Shown one piece after another: positions 22,535-35,609 of a DNA stretch of 42,156 nt (position 1 is the first letter of the stretch; each line of letters opens with the position of its first letter). Origin of the DNA: Batkoa obscura. Taxonomy: Eukaryota. A program made the translations under genes and the position numbers. The notes under the pieces were generated by a model, which was not told the DNA's origin, searched no databases, and saw only the letters and a list, made by a program, of their open reading frames with translations. Location: assembly GCA_030770535.1 (NCBI GenBank), contig JASVEC010000145.1, positions 1-42,156 on the forward strand, given 5' to 3'.

Positions 22535-23716
22535 AAAATTTTAATTATATCATTAATATTTTATCAAGTTAATAATAGCTGGATAAGGGGAAAGTAATTA
22601 GTTAAAACTATAACAATTTTTATATAATACAGCCAATATAATTAGTAGTTTTTGCATATTATTATAATTCTCGTCTTTGACTATTTGTTAGCTTATCTAT
22701 TATTAACTTGAGTAATATTAACAATTCATGATCGATTTCCATCTTGTTTTAGTATACTTAGAAATTATATCTGCTTTTTTTACTATTAATAGTAACAATT
22801 AAGTTAATAATTTTATTATGCTCATGAACAAAAATCAAGTTTTAAAGTTGATTGACATATATTTTAATACTTTAATGGTGGTCAGTGAAAAAGCTAAATT
22901 TAAATTTAAGCTATTATTTTATTTTTAAACAATTTTTTTTAACTATATACTGGTATACCGCTGTACTATGTAAATCTATTTTTTTGCTATCTTTTTGAAA
23001 TTACTTTGTATAATGTTTAGAAAATATTAACTTAGCTATTTTATCTTTTAAGTCATTAAAATATTTGTTATATATAATATAAAAGTGCTTTTTTAATTTC
23101 ATCACTTTTTCATTTTTAAGCATTATTTAGACAGAAAAATTGTTAAATAAGATATTGTTAATAATTCCAATTTTTGCTCGTTTTTAATTTTTTTGATTTT
23201 TGACAAATTATAATATTTCGTTTTATTATTATCGATTATTTTTAAATAGTTATATCAATTTTTACTTATATCAAATCCAAAACTTTTATATTTATCAAAA
23301 AACATTAAAGCTATAGTTTTAATCATTAAGCAATGTATGAAGTCAGTACTTTTGAGGAAAACAAGAAACAAAAACTAAGTATTATTATCAAGTTTATTAT
23401 TATCAATAGTAAGTTTCAATGTTACATGTTACATATTTTTTTACTTTTGTTTCAATTTTAGAGTAAAACAAAATAATTGTGTATATAATATATTTACTAA
23501 ACATTTAATAAAAATGATATAAACCATATGAAGTAAAAAAAATCAGATCCAAAAAAAATAAAATAGTTGATAAGTTTTTGAGTTGAATATAAGATACAAT
23601 TTTAAGCTTTTCAAATTCAACCAAGCCATATGTTAAGGTTTAGGGAGCTTACAAATTTAGAAACTTAATTTGAACTATTTTTAAATGAATTCTGAAACTA
23701 ATCTAGACACGTCCTC
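22535..23716 (-). mobile_element. Old, diverged Sola2-like copy
   Basis: 22545-22836 nearly identical to 16377-16669; decayed transposase homology; left-end-like TTCTGAAACTAATCTAGACACGTCCTC near 23690-23716; boundaries approximate. Confidence 0.65.
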
Positions 23717-25019
23717 CAACCGTTATTTTGGTTTGGCAAAACTACTATTAGATTTTCTAGATTGCTTTTTTATTGCTATAAACTTTACCAATTAAATTTA
23801 TAATTTGAATCTACTTTATTTTTAAAAATAATTGAGGAACTGAAATATAAAGGAATAGTAGTTTCAAAGACAGTATAGTTATTTTTAGAGTATTAACTGT
23901 TCCAATTAATTGGTAATTAAGTGGCAAAGTTTATAAGCTTGATTTAAAATTTTAGCTGCATTTTGAAACAAATCAAATGGTTTAAACTTGTGATTGTATT
24001 GTTCAATAACGATTAGTTTATTTTAAAACCAATCTTGATTTCATTTCTCTCCTAATTATATGATACAGTTTTTAAGGATTTTGCGATAATCAGAGTTTTT
24101 GGCGAAAATAATTTAAGCTTGACTTATAAATTTGTTGCTTTTTGTTATTATCTTCAGTTAATTTAGGATAAAAATAGTCAGGACTATATTAGCTATATTA
24201 TTCTGGTATATTATTAAAGGGGTTCAATCGTTAAATTTATAGATCATTGATATTTTTATCGTGTTCTGAATCTTACACATTTTTATAATGATAAATTTGA
24301 AATTAAAAAATACTGTTTTTTATTTAAAGCAGTATATGAAAGTTATTTTTATGACTCATAAAATCTAGAAAACCACCTCTTCTTACTTTACTTTATTTCT
24401 GCTTTATCAAATTTTGATAAAATGTATCCTATCCATTCATTTACTTTTATCTCTTTTTCTAGTCTCTCTAAACTTTTTAATATCAGAAAAGTTATGTTAT
24501 CTCTATTCCCTTGTCTATGTATAGTTTGATTGCTTAATATAACAACTAACTCCTCCTTGTTTTACTTTAATACTATATTACTATAAAAAAGCTTTTAGGA
24601 TTTTATTCTTCAAACCTCAACTCCATGCTAAAGAAGTGCTTTGAGGAGAATATTAAGCTATATAAAAAGATCATCATATACTGCTATCTATAAGTATTTC
24701 GATTGTGATTTTTGAGTTTTAGCTTTTAATAACTCTGTTTTGTTTGAATAGCTATCATATTCATTCCTCTTTTAGTGCTTTTTTTATTCTCACTTTACAC
24801 CAAAACCCGCCCACAGGGGGTTATTTTATTTAGCCTGAATTTTATCTCCTGTTTTTAAGCATTACTACCAATAATAAATTGTGAGTGGGGGGGACTGCTC
24901 TTTTGGATCTTTCTCAAGGTTTAGAAAAAATAATTGATCTTAGTTTTTAACCAGTGAAAATCAACAAAAGATCGTTATGATACAACTAAGTTTAAATGAA
25001 AAAAAGAAATAATATTTTG

Positions 25020-26140
25020 AAAGAAGTATATTCGTAACTCTCATGCTTATCATTAAACTACCAGACAAAACTCAGTTTGATTCAACTCTCAATTATTAAT
25101 GAAAGGGCCCAACATTTTCCAAACTTAATTTTTTAAATTTATTTTTGGGTTATTCTAATCATCATAAAAACTCTAATAATTTACTATAGAATAAAGATGG
25201 TGTATATTATAGTTAATCCCTTATTTTCTAATTTTGTTTATATCATAAAGCAGGTCATTTTCATGTAGTCAATTATCTGGTTTCTACTTTATTTAGCTTG
25301 AAACATTATACTGTAATTTTTATTTTTTCTGCCAATAACTCCTTATAATTGGGTTATAAGCTTAAAATCTATGTGTCAAACCGATATTTATAAATTGATT
25401 TACTTGTGATAAATTGCTTTTTTTTCAAATACAATTTTATGCACAATTATTAACTAAATTTCACAGTTCTGTTTTGTAATAATTATTTACTGTTTTAATA
25501 CATGATAAAATAGCTACTATTTTAATATCTAACACTAATGATTTTATTTAAAGTAAGAACTATTTAAAAGCTGTATTTTAATCTTGCTTAAAATTGTCTT
25601 TACTTGATAATTGATTTTTTCAATAGCAAAAATTCGTGATACAAACAAATACTTTCTCAAAGGTTCCATCATTCATCATTGGTCATCGCTTTAACTATTA
25701 TAATTAATATAATTAAGGTATTTTGTACTTAATAAAGTAGTTTATGTTAGTTTATTGTACAATAAATTTAGTTAATGAATGCTATATTTTGAGCATTTTT
25801 TACTCTAAAATGTTTCAAATTTGGTAAAATGACCTATTTACTTGTATACTAGAACTTTTTGAATATCTGTTTAAAGATCAGAGAGGATTCTATGATTTTA
25901 CTATATCAATAGAATGTAAAATTCATCACTTTATACAACTATGTGTTTTTGATTTTAATATTTAATTATTATACATAAAATAACATAAACTAAACTGTGA
26001 AAGGACTAGAATTATCATTAACTATTTAGATCAATTATGATTTTTATTCCCAATTAACAATCTGAGGTTTTTATAATCTAGGGGGGGTTTATTGGAATTG
26101 TATGTTTAAAGTTTTTTCAAACAGAATAAAATATCAAATC
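25020..26140 (-). pseudogene. Highly decayed Ty3/gypsy pol remnant (RNase H C-terminus then integrase)
   Basis: Minus-strand translation gives LDYKNL-x20-LSQF (like TDHKNL...LSQF of RNase H) at ~26080-25995, GLTHRF-AYNP near 25380-25350 and KKLSLENVGPF (GPF motif) near 25135-25100; many stops and frameshifts. Confidence 0.45.
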
Positions 26141-27809
26141 CTATCCAAATATTATGTGATAATACATTCCCCTACTGGCTGAGATGGACGATTTTTTTAT
26201 TATAATTTAAGTAAATTAAATATAGTTTAATTTATTTCCTGTATCTTAAGTTATGTTATTATAAAGCACTGGAATCACACATATGGTAAGTATTTTTTAA
26301 ATGAAAAGTGAAGTGAAGTGAGGAACTATGAAATCAATTTACAACGAAAGGAGTTAAAATCAATAAACCTTAGTAAATCTCAAATTAATAAAATATTTAA
26401 ATATCTAAACCAACCCCAAGCCCGATTAATTGACTATTTGATTGGTTTTTGATTTTTTCATTAGTTAAAATTTTCGTAAAACAGCATTTGAATCAAGTTC
26501 CAGTTTTTTAGATAGCTGTAATGACGAACTCCTAGCTATGTGCTAAAAAGCTAATCCAGTAATTTAACAATATATATCTAGGGAGTCTCTACTCATCTAA
26601 AGCTTAATAAGTGGGATGGTCCCGAAGGTTTCAAATACATAGAAGCTTGTCCAATAAGTGAATAATGGATTAATGAATACATGACCAAAATAATCCGTAG
26701 ATTATTGAACCTCCTGCCTGCTGTACATTTCTAAAATCCTTTAGTTTAAAATTAACTGACAAACTGGAATGTTTTTTGTAATTTTCCTGCTCAGGTTTGA
26801 TTTTTTTTCCAATTTATTGTTTATTACTTTTAACTTTTAATGGTTTTTTAGCAAATTGATTAGTTTTTATTCTATTTTATAAGGGTTTGGTTAAAAAAAT
26901 CCATTGTTTAAAGAGACAAACGTTTGAGTTAGTAAACAAACCGATAGTACACCACGCATTGATAATCACGTTTTTCATTAATAGGGGCACTATTCCGCAA
27001 AATCGAATCCTTCTTTAGGTTGGTAGTAAAACCATAAAAATACACTATAAAGTACAATAAAATTTAGTTCTCTAATTATCATCCAAAAACCTTTTGTAAT
27101 TAATATTATAAATATCTAGAGTTATTGATCATAAACATATAAATAGTATTTAAACAAAAAAACAAAGTCATTATTCGGGTTAATTTTTCGACTGTTATTA
27201 AAAGCTTTAAATTGGTATTTATTTAAAAAAAATAAAAATTTTGTTGATATAACTCTGAAGGTTTTAAAAAAACTCTAGCTAAAATAGTTAAGCTTTTTAA
27301 AATTGATTATAGAATAGTTTGGATAGTCAAGCGAAATTCAGCTGAATTTTGAATTTAAATTGAAAAAAATTAGTTTTCAAGATAGTATTTAATTTTATTA
27401 TAAATTTTTCAAAACTACCCCCCCTAGACTAATATTTAAGGGTTACTATTACCCCTCAATCTTCTTTCATCTGAAGCCATACTGGCTGAAGACTAATTAG
27501 AGCACATTCATTAAAACAAAATTGACCCATTTAAGTCCAGTTTGGAATAGTACTTATTACTTGTTAACAACAATTTTAATAGAGAATAAACAAACTATAA
27601 ACCATTGATAGGATTATTCTCAACACTAAATGATTTACCAATGGTTTGTTATTTGTAAATTAGATGATTATTGACAAAAATGCCTAATATTTAATGCCAT
27701 GTGCTTCTTTTTACTAACTTTTGAGAGTTTGTTATTTACACTCCCCTTGCTTGTTACACCTCTGAGAGATGTTGTTTTTAACATGGATTTTATTAGATTT
27801 TTAAAAAGT

Positions 27810-27895
27810 GAACGTTGTTTTCATATTTTTTAAGCGCTATTTGAGTGGAATAGATTGCTAGTAAAATTCTTGAAAAAAGTACACACACACCCCTC
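27810..27895 (-). mobile_element. Degenerate MITE
   Basis: TTAAGCGCTATTTGAGTGGAA...GCTAGTAAAATTCTT core; ends eroded. Confidence 0.65.
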
Positions 27896-28692
27896 ATACA
27901 CTATGCAACTTCTATCTTTATTTTTCTATCTTTAATAACGAATTGGAGTTTAGAAATTATAGTTTTAAACTTTTTTGCACAATATAGGAAGCTTTTGAAC
28001 GTTTGTTTTATGCCTTTTTTTATTTATTATCCTAAGTATTAGTTTACACAAATTTTTTCAGGCTTACTTCGCTCTGAATACTAACTATTGCTTACCATTT
28101 TGTTTTGTAATTACTTTTAATTTTTATAGCTAAAAGTTACTATTTATAAAGAATTGAGTTAGTTAAATTTAAGTTTGATATAATTTAATAAAAACAATAT
28201 AAAAAGTCAACTCCCTGTTTCTTCGTAAACTTAAAAAAACTCAAATCGATTAAAGGATGGAAAAAGTGATAAAGCCAAAAAAATACACCCTTATTATATA
28301 ATTTTTTTAAAATATATAATAGTTTTAAGTAGAGCAATTATTAGTAAAATTCTCAGACATAAAAATACATCCCCTCCTAACTTTATTTATTATCCAAATC
28401 AAAAACAGCCGATCAAGTAAAGTTAATTTGAAACTTTCCAATCAATCTTATATATTTGTGTATTTATTATATTGTTTAGAAAGTTTTTCAAAATGTTTGA
28501 ATTAGTAGTTCTTGTAAATTATAAAGCCAAGCAAGGGAGATTTTTTGGAAAACCTTTTTTAAGCTTTACGTATATTTAATAAAAGTTATGGGATGTATTG
28601 TTAATATAAAGTTTTAATATAACACATTTAAATAGAAAAAACATTTATATTCAGCTGAAATAGTATTTATCTATATTGCTAAAATAATATTT

Positions 28693-28790
28693 GGGGATGT
28701 TTTTTTGTGTTTAAGAATTTTACTAACAGCCTTTCTACTCAAATAGCGCTCAAAAAATGGAAAAATAATGAAGCCAAAAAAAACATCACC
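28693..28790 (+). mobile_element. MITE
   Basis: GGGGATGT...CATCACC, TSD ATTT. Confidence 0.9.
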
Positions 28791-28946
28791 ATTTAATAAA
28801 GTTAAAACTTATTTTGACATTTTTATATTAACTATATACATTAATGTTAGCAATAGTTTCTTAATATAAGTTGTAAGCAAAAAAATATATCATTTCCTCT
28901 CTACATGTTTTAAAACAACATTTGTTCAAACTAAAAATCTATATGT

Positions 28947-29047
28947 GAAGATGATTTTCTTGGTTTCATTATTTTTTCCATCTTTTAAGCACCATTTGGG
29001 TGGAAAGATTGTTAATAAAATTCTTAAACATAAAAATACATCATCTC
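28947..29047 (-). mobile_element. Degenerate MITE
   Basis: Consensus core, mutated ends. Confidence 0.75.
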
Positions 29048-29141
29048 TATATGATAAATTAAAATATCGATATCATAAAAAGCAAAACTAAAAATTGACT
29101 TTATTTTTTTATTGATATTTTAAAGATAATTATAAACAAAT

Positions 29142-29240
29142 GGGGATGTGTTTTTTGTTTAAGAATTTTATTAACAACCTTTCCCACTTCAAATAGTGCT
29201 TAAAAAATGGAAAAAAGTGAAAAATCAAAAAAACACCACC
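29142..29240 (+). mobile_element. MITE
   Basis: GGGGATGT...CACCACC, TSD AAAT. Confidence 0.88.
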
Positions 29241-29489
29241 AAATGTTAAAAATTTATATATGAATTTTAGAAAATAGTAAAGTATAATATAATCTCAAGC
29301 TATATTTTTTTAGCTCTTTTTTATATTACCAAAAAAGTTAAAATAATTAAAATTAGTCACCCTGTATTTTGGGTAATTTTTATTATTACAAAATTGAATT
29401 TTTTATTGATCATAATTCAAATGGCATATCTATTATCCTATAGTGAAAGTTTTGTTTTTGATATAAAGAAATATTTTTTAAGCTATGAA

Positions 29490-29583
29490 AAGGATGTATT
29501 TTTGTGTTTAAGAATTTTACTAATTTTCCCATTCAAGTAGTGCTTAAAAGATGGAAAAGTGATGAAACCAAAAAATATTCCTC
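29490..29583 (+). mobile_element. Degenerate MITE
   Basis: AGGATGTATTTTTGTGTTTAAGAATTTTACTAA...ATTCCTC. Confidence 0.8.
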
Positions 29584-29957
29584 ATATGTAAGCTTTTAAT
29601 TTTAGTCAACTGAAAGCTTATTTTTTTCGAACCTTTTACTTTTACATTTATTTATTTATTTTGCCAATATTTTATCAGCTAGATAGTAATTAATTGACAA
29701 TAATAAATAACCAAAAAACAACAAAATGTTATAAACACTAATAAAAAATAAAGTAGATTTTTAAAGTAGCATCAATTTAATCAAATAAATTATCATTATT
29801 TTACGATTATATTCAAAAAGTTTTTGAAAGCTAATATAAAATACTATTAAACTTTAAATTTAAAAATAAAATCTTGTTATTATTTTATGGTCTTTTTTAT
29901 TAGCTTTCAAGGGCTATAAACTTTAAAAAGTTTATTGCTTTATTTTTATCTTTAGTT

Positions 29958-30030
29958 AATTTTACTAACAATCCTTCCACTCAATAGTGCTCAAAAACGG
30001 AAAAGTAATAAAATCAAAAAAGGCATCCTC
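29958..30030 (+). mobile_element. 5'-truncated MITE
   Basis: TTTACTAACAATCCTTCCACTC...GCATCCTC. Confidence 0.7.
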
Positions 30031-31279
30031 ATTTATTTGCTTAAATTTATAATAATTTTTACATAATTAAAAAAACATAAAAATAAGCTTTAGTATAAAA
30101 AATACTTAAAATAACAGTAAAAACATCTACATTTAATTGATTTGTGCCATTGATGTAACAAGGTCAATATAAAAACTGAAAAAAATATAACAGTTATTGT
30201 TTTTAAAAAGAGTACAAAATAATCTTATTAATAAACAAATAAACTTTTTAATATTAAAAAATGAGCGTTAAATTAATAATATTTTTCAATAAGAACTAAA
30301 CCTCAGTTTTCTGTATGATAGGTAAGAATACTCATTATTATATCACTATATTACCTAAGATAACTTATTAATATAGATTTTGTTATATATATAAGAATAT
30401 CTAAATTAAAATATATGGGGCTGTTTTTTTAGTTTCATTATTTTAATATTTCAATTATATCACTAATATCTTATCAAGTTAACAAATAGCTGGATAAGGG
30501 AAAGTAATTAGTTAAAACTATAACAATTTTTATATAATACAATCAATATAATAGTAGTTTTTGCATATTATTACAGCTACTTGTTCTTTGAGTATTTATT
30601 AACTTAGCTATCAATAACTTAAGTAATCTTAACATTTAATAATCTGTTTCTATCATTCAACAAACTACTTACTTGCTTAGTAAACATCGAGATTTTTAAA
30701 TTCTCTGTTATTTTTATAATGTAAGCTGGGATTGCTCTTTTAGTTTTTCTATTTTCCATGACTTTATAACTCTAATTGGAACTATATTGCTTTTTTTATG
30801 TATCGGATACTGGATAACAATGTAGTCTGTTGTTATGTTTAATAAAGTGTAAATACTTCTTAATGCCTTGTATCTCTATCATTCTTTTTGTATTTTTGTT
30901 TCTTCATACTTTTTAAAAATTATATCTGTTTTCCCTTATCAATAGCCGAGTTATTAATTTTATTATGCTTGCAAATAAAAGCCTCAAATCTTGAAATTAA
31001 TTGATCGATATCTTCTATTTTACCTAACGCTTCAAAACTACTTTTCCATTTTGAAAGGTTTCCAAAATGTTCATCAACTATACTTTTTCCATGATGCTCA
31101 GCAAAAAAATTAAGATTAACATTCAAACTACTATTTATTTTATGAATTTCTTTAAATATGTAATGTAGCAACTCTTGGGATCTAATATGATTTCCTGTAT
31201 CTGCTTATATATTAATTTTTGTAAACTTTTTAAATAAAAACTTTTTGGATCTTAAATTGATTAAACACTTTTTGTATAT

Positions 31280-31378
31280 GGGAGTGTCTTTTTTGGCTTC
31301 ATTACTTTTTCTATCTTTTAAGCATTATTTAAATGGAAAAACTATCACTAAAATTCTTAAACATAAAAATACATCCCC
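31280..31378 (-). mobile_element. MITE
   Basis: GGGAGTGT...ACATCCCC, TSD ATAT. Confidence 0.92.
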
Positions 31379-31541
31379 ATATATTGAATTATGTTTAATA
31401 TTTTAAATAGACAATCAAAATAAACTTTGCTTATTATTCTATTATTTTTTAAATACAAAATATCAAAGCCTAATACTGATATAGCTTATTTATTATAATG
31501 ATATAAATTTATTGAATCTGGTCTTGTTCCTATTTCCATAT

Positions 31542-31638
31542 GGGGATGTATTTTTGTATTTAAGAATCTTACTAACAATTTTTCCACTCAAATAGTGCTT
31601 AAGAGATGGAAAAGTAATGAAGCCAAAAAAACATCCCT
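31542..31638 (+). mobile_element. MITE at the DFKQN/MEIG site
   Basis: GGGGATGT...CATCCCT, flanks ATAT/ACAT. Confidence 0.9.
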
Positions 31639-32770
31639 ACATTTTGTTTGAAATCTAAAATTATTATACAACTTTTATTATTTAATTTTTTAATGGTTTC
31701 ATTAAATATGTTTTTTTGAGTGTCAACACAGAATTTATGTAATTTGTATAATTTTTCTTCTTCGTTGAGAATTTCTTGTATCTCTGCTTTGTTTTTTGCT
31801 GTATTTATTTTATTTTCAAATAACTTTTTTCTAACTGTATACTGGGTACATATATTACATAGATCCGTTTTTCTTGCTGGATTTTTGAAATTAGTTGGTA
31901 TATATTTAAAGAACGTTGACCTAGCTACTGCTTTATCTCTTAGATCATTCAAATATTTACTATATATCATTCTTCTACTTTTATTTAATATATATATATA
32001 TTATCTGATGAATATTTACTATCGTTACTTTTTTTATTAAATCTTGATGAAATAGTTGAATCATTTAGTAAATATTGTATAATAGTTTCAATTTGGTCAT
32101 CTTTAATTTTTTTTGTATTTTTAATAATAGGTTTTAATGCTGATATTTTATTATTATTACTTATTTTTGAATAATCATATTGATTTTTATTTATATTAAA
32201 CCCAAAACTCTTACATTCATCAAAAGAATATACTGAAGCTATAGTCGATAATAACGCTACTTGCTGACTTTTGTTTCCTGTTTCCCTTAAAGCACTAATT
32301 TTATACATTGGTTGATTAAGTTTATTATTATGGATAGTAAACTTTGATAATATAATCTTTTCTTTGTTTTGTTTTATTATAAAATTCCATAAACCTTGGG
32401 TTGTTATAAGTAGCTCTTAAAATTGATGTAAATGAATTACAATGTTTATATTGTGTACTTCTCCCTGTTGTATTAAAATTCCCAAAAATTCGATTTCGAA
32501 GTTTAGTTATGAAAGTCAAATAAGTGTATTTATATAATTATATAATCATATAGTTATATATTATATCTATTAAATATCTAACAGAACTAACATAAAACAT
32601 ATAATTAGGAAAATTAGCTATTTAAGGAAAGGAAACAATTAAAATGAGTTTTAAGTAGAGACATTTAATTTTAGGCTTTTTAAATTTAACCGTCACATTA
32701 GACACGAATTTAAAATTTTAAAATTTGGATTAATTTCTAAGTAAATTCTGAAACCAATTAGAACAGCCCC

Positions 32771-33323
32771 ATATACTGGTACACCACTGTACTATGTAAA
32801 TCTATTTTTTTGCTATCTTTTTAAAATTACTTTGTATATGTTTAGAAAATATTAACTTAGCTATTCTTTTATCTTTTAAATCATTAAAATATTTGTTATG
32901 TACAAAGTTAGTGCTTTCTTTAATCGAAACAGGGAACAAAAACTAACAAGTATTATTATCAAGTTCATTATTATCAATAGTAAATTTTAATACTATTTTT
33001 TCTTTTTTTTGTTTTATCACAAAATTTTATGAGGTCTGAGTTATTGTAAATAGTTGTCAAAATTAATATGGGAGTGTTTTTTTTAACTTCATTATTTTTT
33101 CCATTTTTTAAGCGCTATTTAAGCGGAAAAATTGTTAATAAAATTCTTAAACACAAAAATACATCCCCATATAATAGACATTTTATTTTAATTTTAACAT
33201 AGTAAAATGACATTAAGCATATGACTAAAAAATTATTTATTTTAAAAACAAGATTAAAAGAAGTTTTTTAAAAAATATTTTTTATTTAATTTTAAACTTT
33301 TTTAAACTAATTTAGGTATCCCC
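32771..33323. mobile_element. Fragments of old Sola2-like copies
   Basis: 32771-32900 matches 22945-23070; right-end-like AAACTAATTTAGGTATCCCC at 33304-33323. Confidence 0.6.
33070..33168 (-). mobile_element. MITE
   Basis: GGGAGTGT...ACATCCCC, TSD ATAT. Confidence 0.92.
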
Positions 33324-33327
33324 ATAT

Positions 33328-34865
33328 GGGGGTGTTTTTTTGACCTCATTACTTTTCCATCTCTTAAGCACTATTTGAGTGGAAAAATTGTTAGTAAGAT
33401 TCTTAAATACAAAAATACATCCCCATATGGAAATAGGAACAAGACCAGATTCAATAAATTTATATCATTATAATAAATAAGCTATATCAGTATTAGGCTT
33501 TGATATTTTGTATTTAAAAAATAATAGAATAATAAGCAAAGTTTATTTTGATTGTCTATTTAAAATATTAAACATAATTCAATATATGGGGATGTATTTT
33601 TATGTTTAAGAATTTTAGTGATAGTTTTTCCATTTAAATAATGCTTAAAAGATAGAAAAAGTAATGAAGCCAAAAAAGACACTCCCATATACAAAAAGTG
33701 TTTAATCAATTTAAGATCCAAAAAGTTTTTATTTAAAAAGTTTACAAAAATTAATATATAAGCAGATACAGGAAATCATATTAGATCCCAAGAGTTGCTA
33801 CATTACATATTTAAAGAAATTCATAAAATAAATAGTAGTTTGAATGTTAATCTTAATTTTTTTGCTGAGCATCATGGAAAAAGTATAGTTGATGAACATT
33901 TTGGAAACCTTTCAAAATGGAAAAGTAGTTTTGAAGCGTTAGGTAAAATAGAAGATATCGATCAATTAATTTCAAGATTTGAGGCTTTTATTTGCAAGCA
34001 TAATAAAATTAATAACTCGGCTATTGATAAGGGAAAACAGATATAATTTTTAAAAAGTATGAAGAAACAAAAATACAAAAAGAATGATAGAGATACAAGG
34101 CATTAAGAAGTATTTACACTTTATTAAACATAACAACAGACTACATTGTTATCCAGTATCCGATACATAAAAAAAGCAATATAGTTCCAATTAGAGTTAT
34201 AAAGTCATGGAAAATAGAAAAACTAAAAGAGCAATCCCAGCTTACATTATAAAAATAACAGAGAATTTAAAAATCTCGATGTTTACTAAGCAAGTAAGTA
34301 GTTTGTTGAATGATAGAAACAGATTATTAAATGTTAAGATTACTTAAGTTATTGATAGCTAAGTTAATAAATACTCAAAGAACAAGTAGCTGTAATAATA
34401 TGCAAAAACTACTATTATATTGATTGTATTATATAAAAATTGTTATAGTTTTAACTAATTACTTTCCCTTATCCAGCTATTTGTTAACTTGATAAGATAT
34501 TAGTGATATAATTGAAATATTAAAATAACCCATTTATTATTTAATAACAAATTTGTAATGTTAGCTATAAGAAAAGCAGTCAACAATAAATGTTTTTTAA
34601 TAAAGTTCTATAAAATATGTATTCATTTACATACTACAATTTTGATTAATATCAATATATATTATATTAGTAAAAGCCTTGTTAATCTGGGAATTTTTAT
34701 TAGATATAGTAAAAACTCAGCCAACTTACAGTATAAACTATAATAGAATAATTTAGAACTGTGTTGTGTTGAGTGCTTTTGTTTTTACAGGATTTTAAGC
34801 GAAGTTTTTAAAATACAAAATATTTAAAAATTGGGTAAAAAAGTGAAACTAATTTAGACATCCCC
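33328..34865 (+). mobile_element. Sola2-like copy E: begins with a MITE (33328-33424), then the transposase 3' half (second MITE at 33588-33686) and an intact right end
   Basis: ATAT on both sides; right end GTGAAACTAATTTAGACATCCCC at 34865; ORF 33795-34046 identical in protein to 30920-31171. Confidence 0.85.
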
Positions 34866-35031
34866 ATATTAAAACTATAATTAATAATAATGTTACTTAT
34901 TGGTTTTTGCTTCCTCTTTTTCTTAAAGGATTAATTTTATGTATTGCTTACTAAGTTTATTGTTGTTAACAGTAAATTTTAGTGATATTCTTTTTTTTGT
35001 TTTATTATAAATTATAATGTTTGTATTATAT

Positions 35032-35130
35032 GGGAGTGTTTTTTTTGACTTCATTACTTTTCCCGTTTTTCAAGCACTATTTGAGTGGAAAGATTTTTAG
35101 TAAAATTCTTAAATACAAAAATACAACCCT
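35032..35130 (-). mobile_element. MITE about 480 bp upstream of ATG18
   Basis: GGGAGTGT...ATACAACCCT consensus match. Confidence 0.88.
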
Positions 35131-35609
35131 ATCATTAAATTAATAAGAGTTTAAAAAATGAAACTTTGAGATAATCGATAACTATAATTACTACCTTAAA
35201 AGTTTGTATAAATTGAGTTAAGCTTAAATTTATCATTTTATTGTTTTTAAATTTGTAATGCCGATTTAGCTTTAGTTGCTATTTTACTGAAATTAATGCT
35301 TAGTTTACTTCATCACATTTTAATGTCAAAATGAAAGTGTTACTCTAGTAAACTAAAATTATGATAAAAATTTATATTTTATTGGGCAGATGAAACATTT
35401 ATCTTAAGCACTATTTTTTAAGCTTAAACTAAAAATTGCAATTTTTAGTATGGAGCTATTACTATTATTATGCTTACATTTAAGGATAATAAAATGCTTA
35501 TGACTTTTCATTTTTCTACTTTTTCAATTATTGGAATTAAAGCTTGACAATTTTATTAAACTATTTATAAATAGTACTTTTATTATTATTGATAAAAAGG
35601 ACACAAATA

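Larger units (their letters stand above)
30417..32770 (-). mobile_element. Sola2-like copy D: intact left end, right end replaced by a MITE-type terminus; transposase pseudogene with 2 MITEs
   Basis: Left end ...GAAACCAATTAGAACAGCCCC at 32770; GGGGCTGTTTTTTTAGTTTCATTATTTT at 30417; ATAT on both sides; ORFs 30920-31171, 31599-31970, 31985-32308, 32328-32519. Confidence 0.85.

Noticed and set aside
34558..34743. 61-aa ORF in the element 3' region as a possible second element gene
   Set aside because: Short, no recognisable motif, and the ORF track shows no equivalent in copies B or C.
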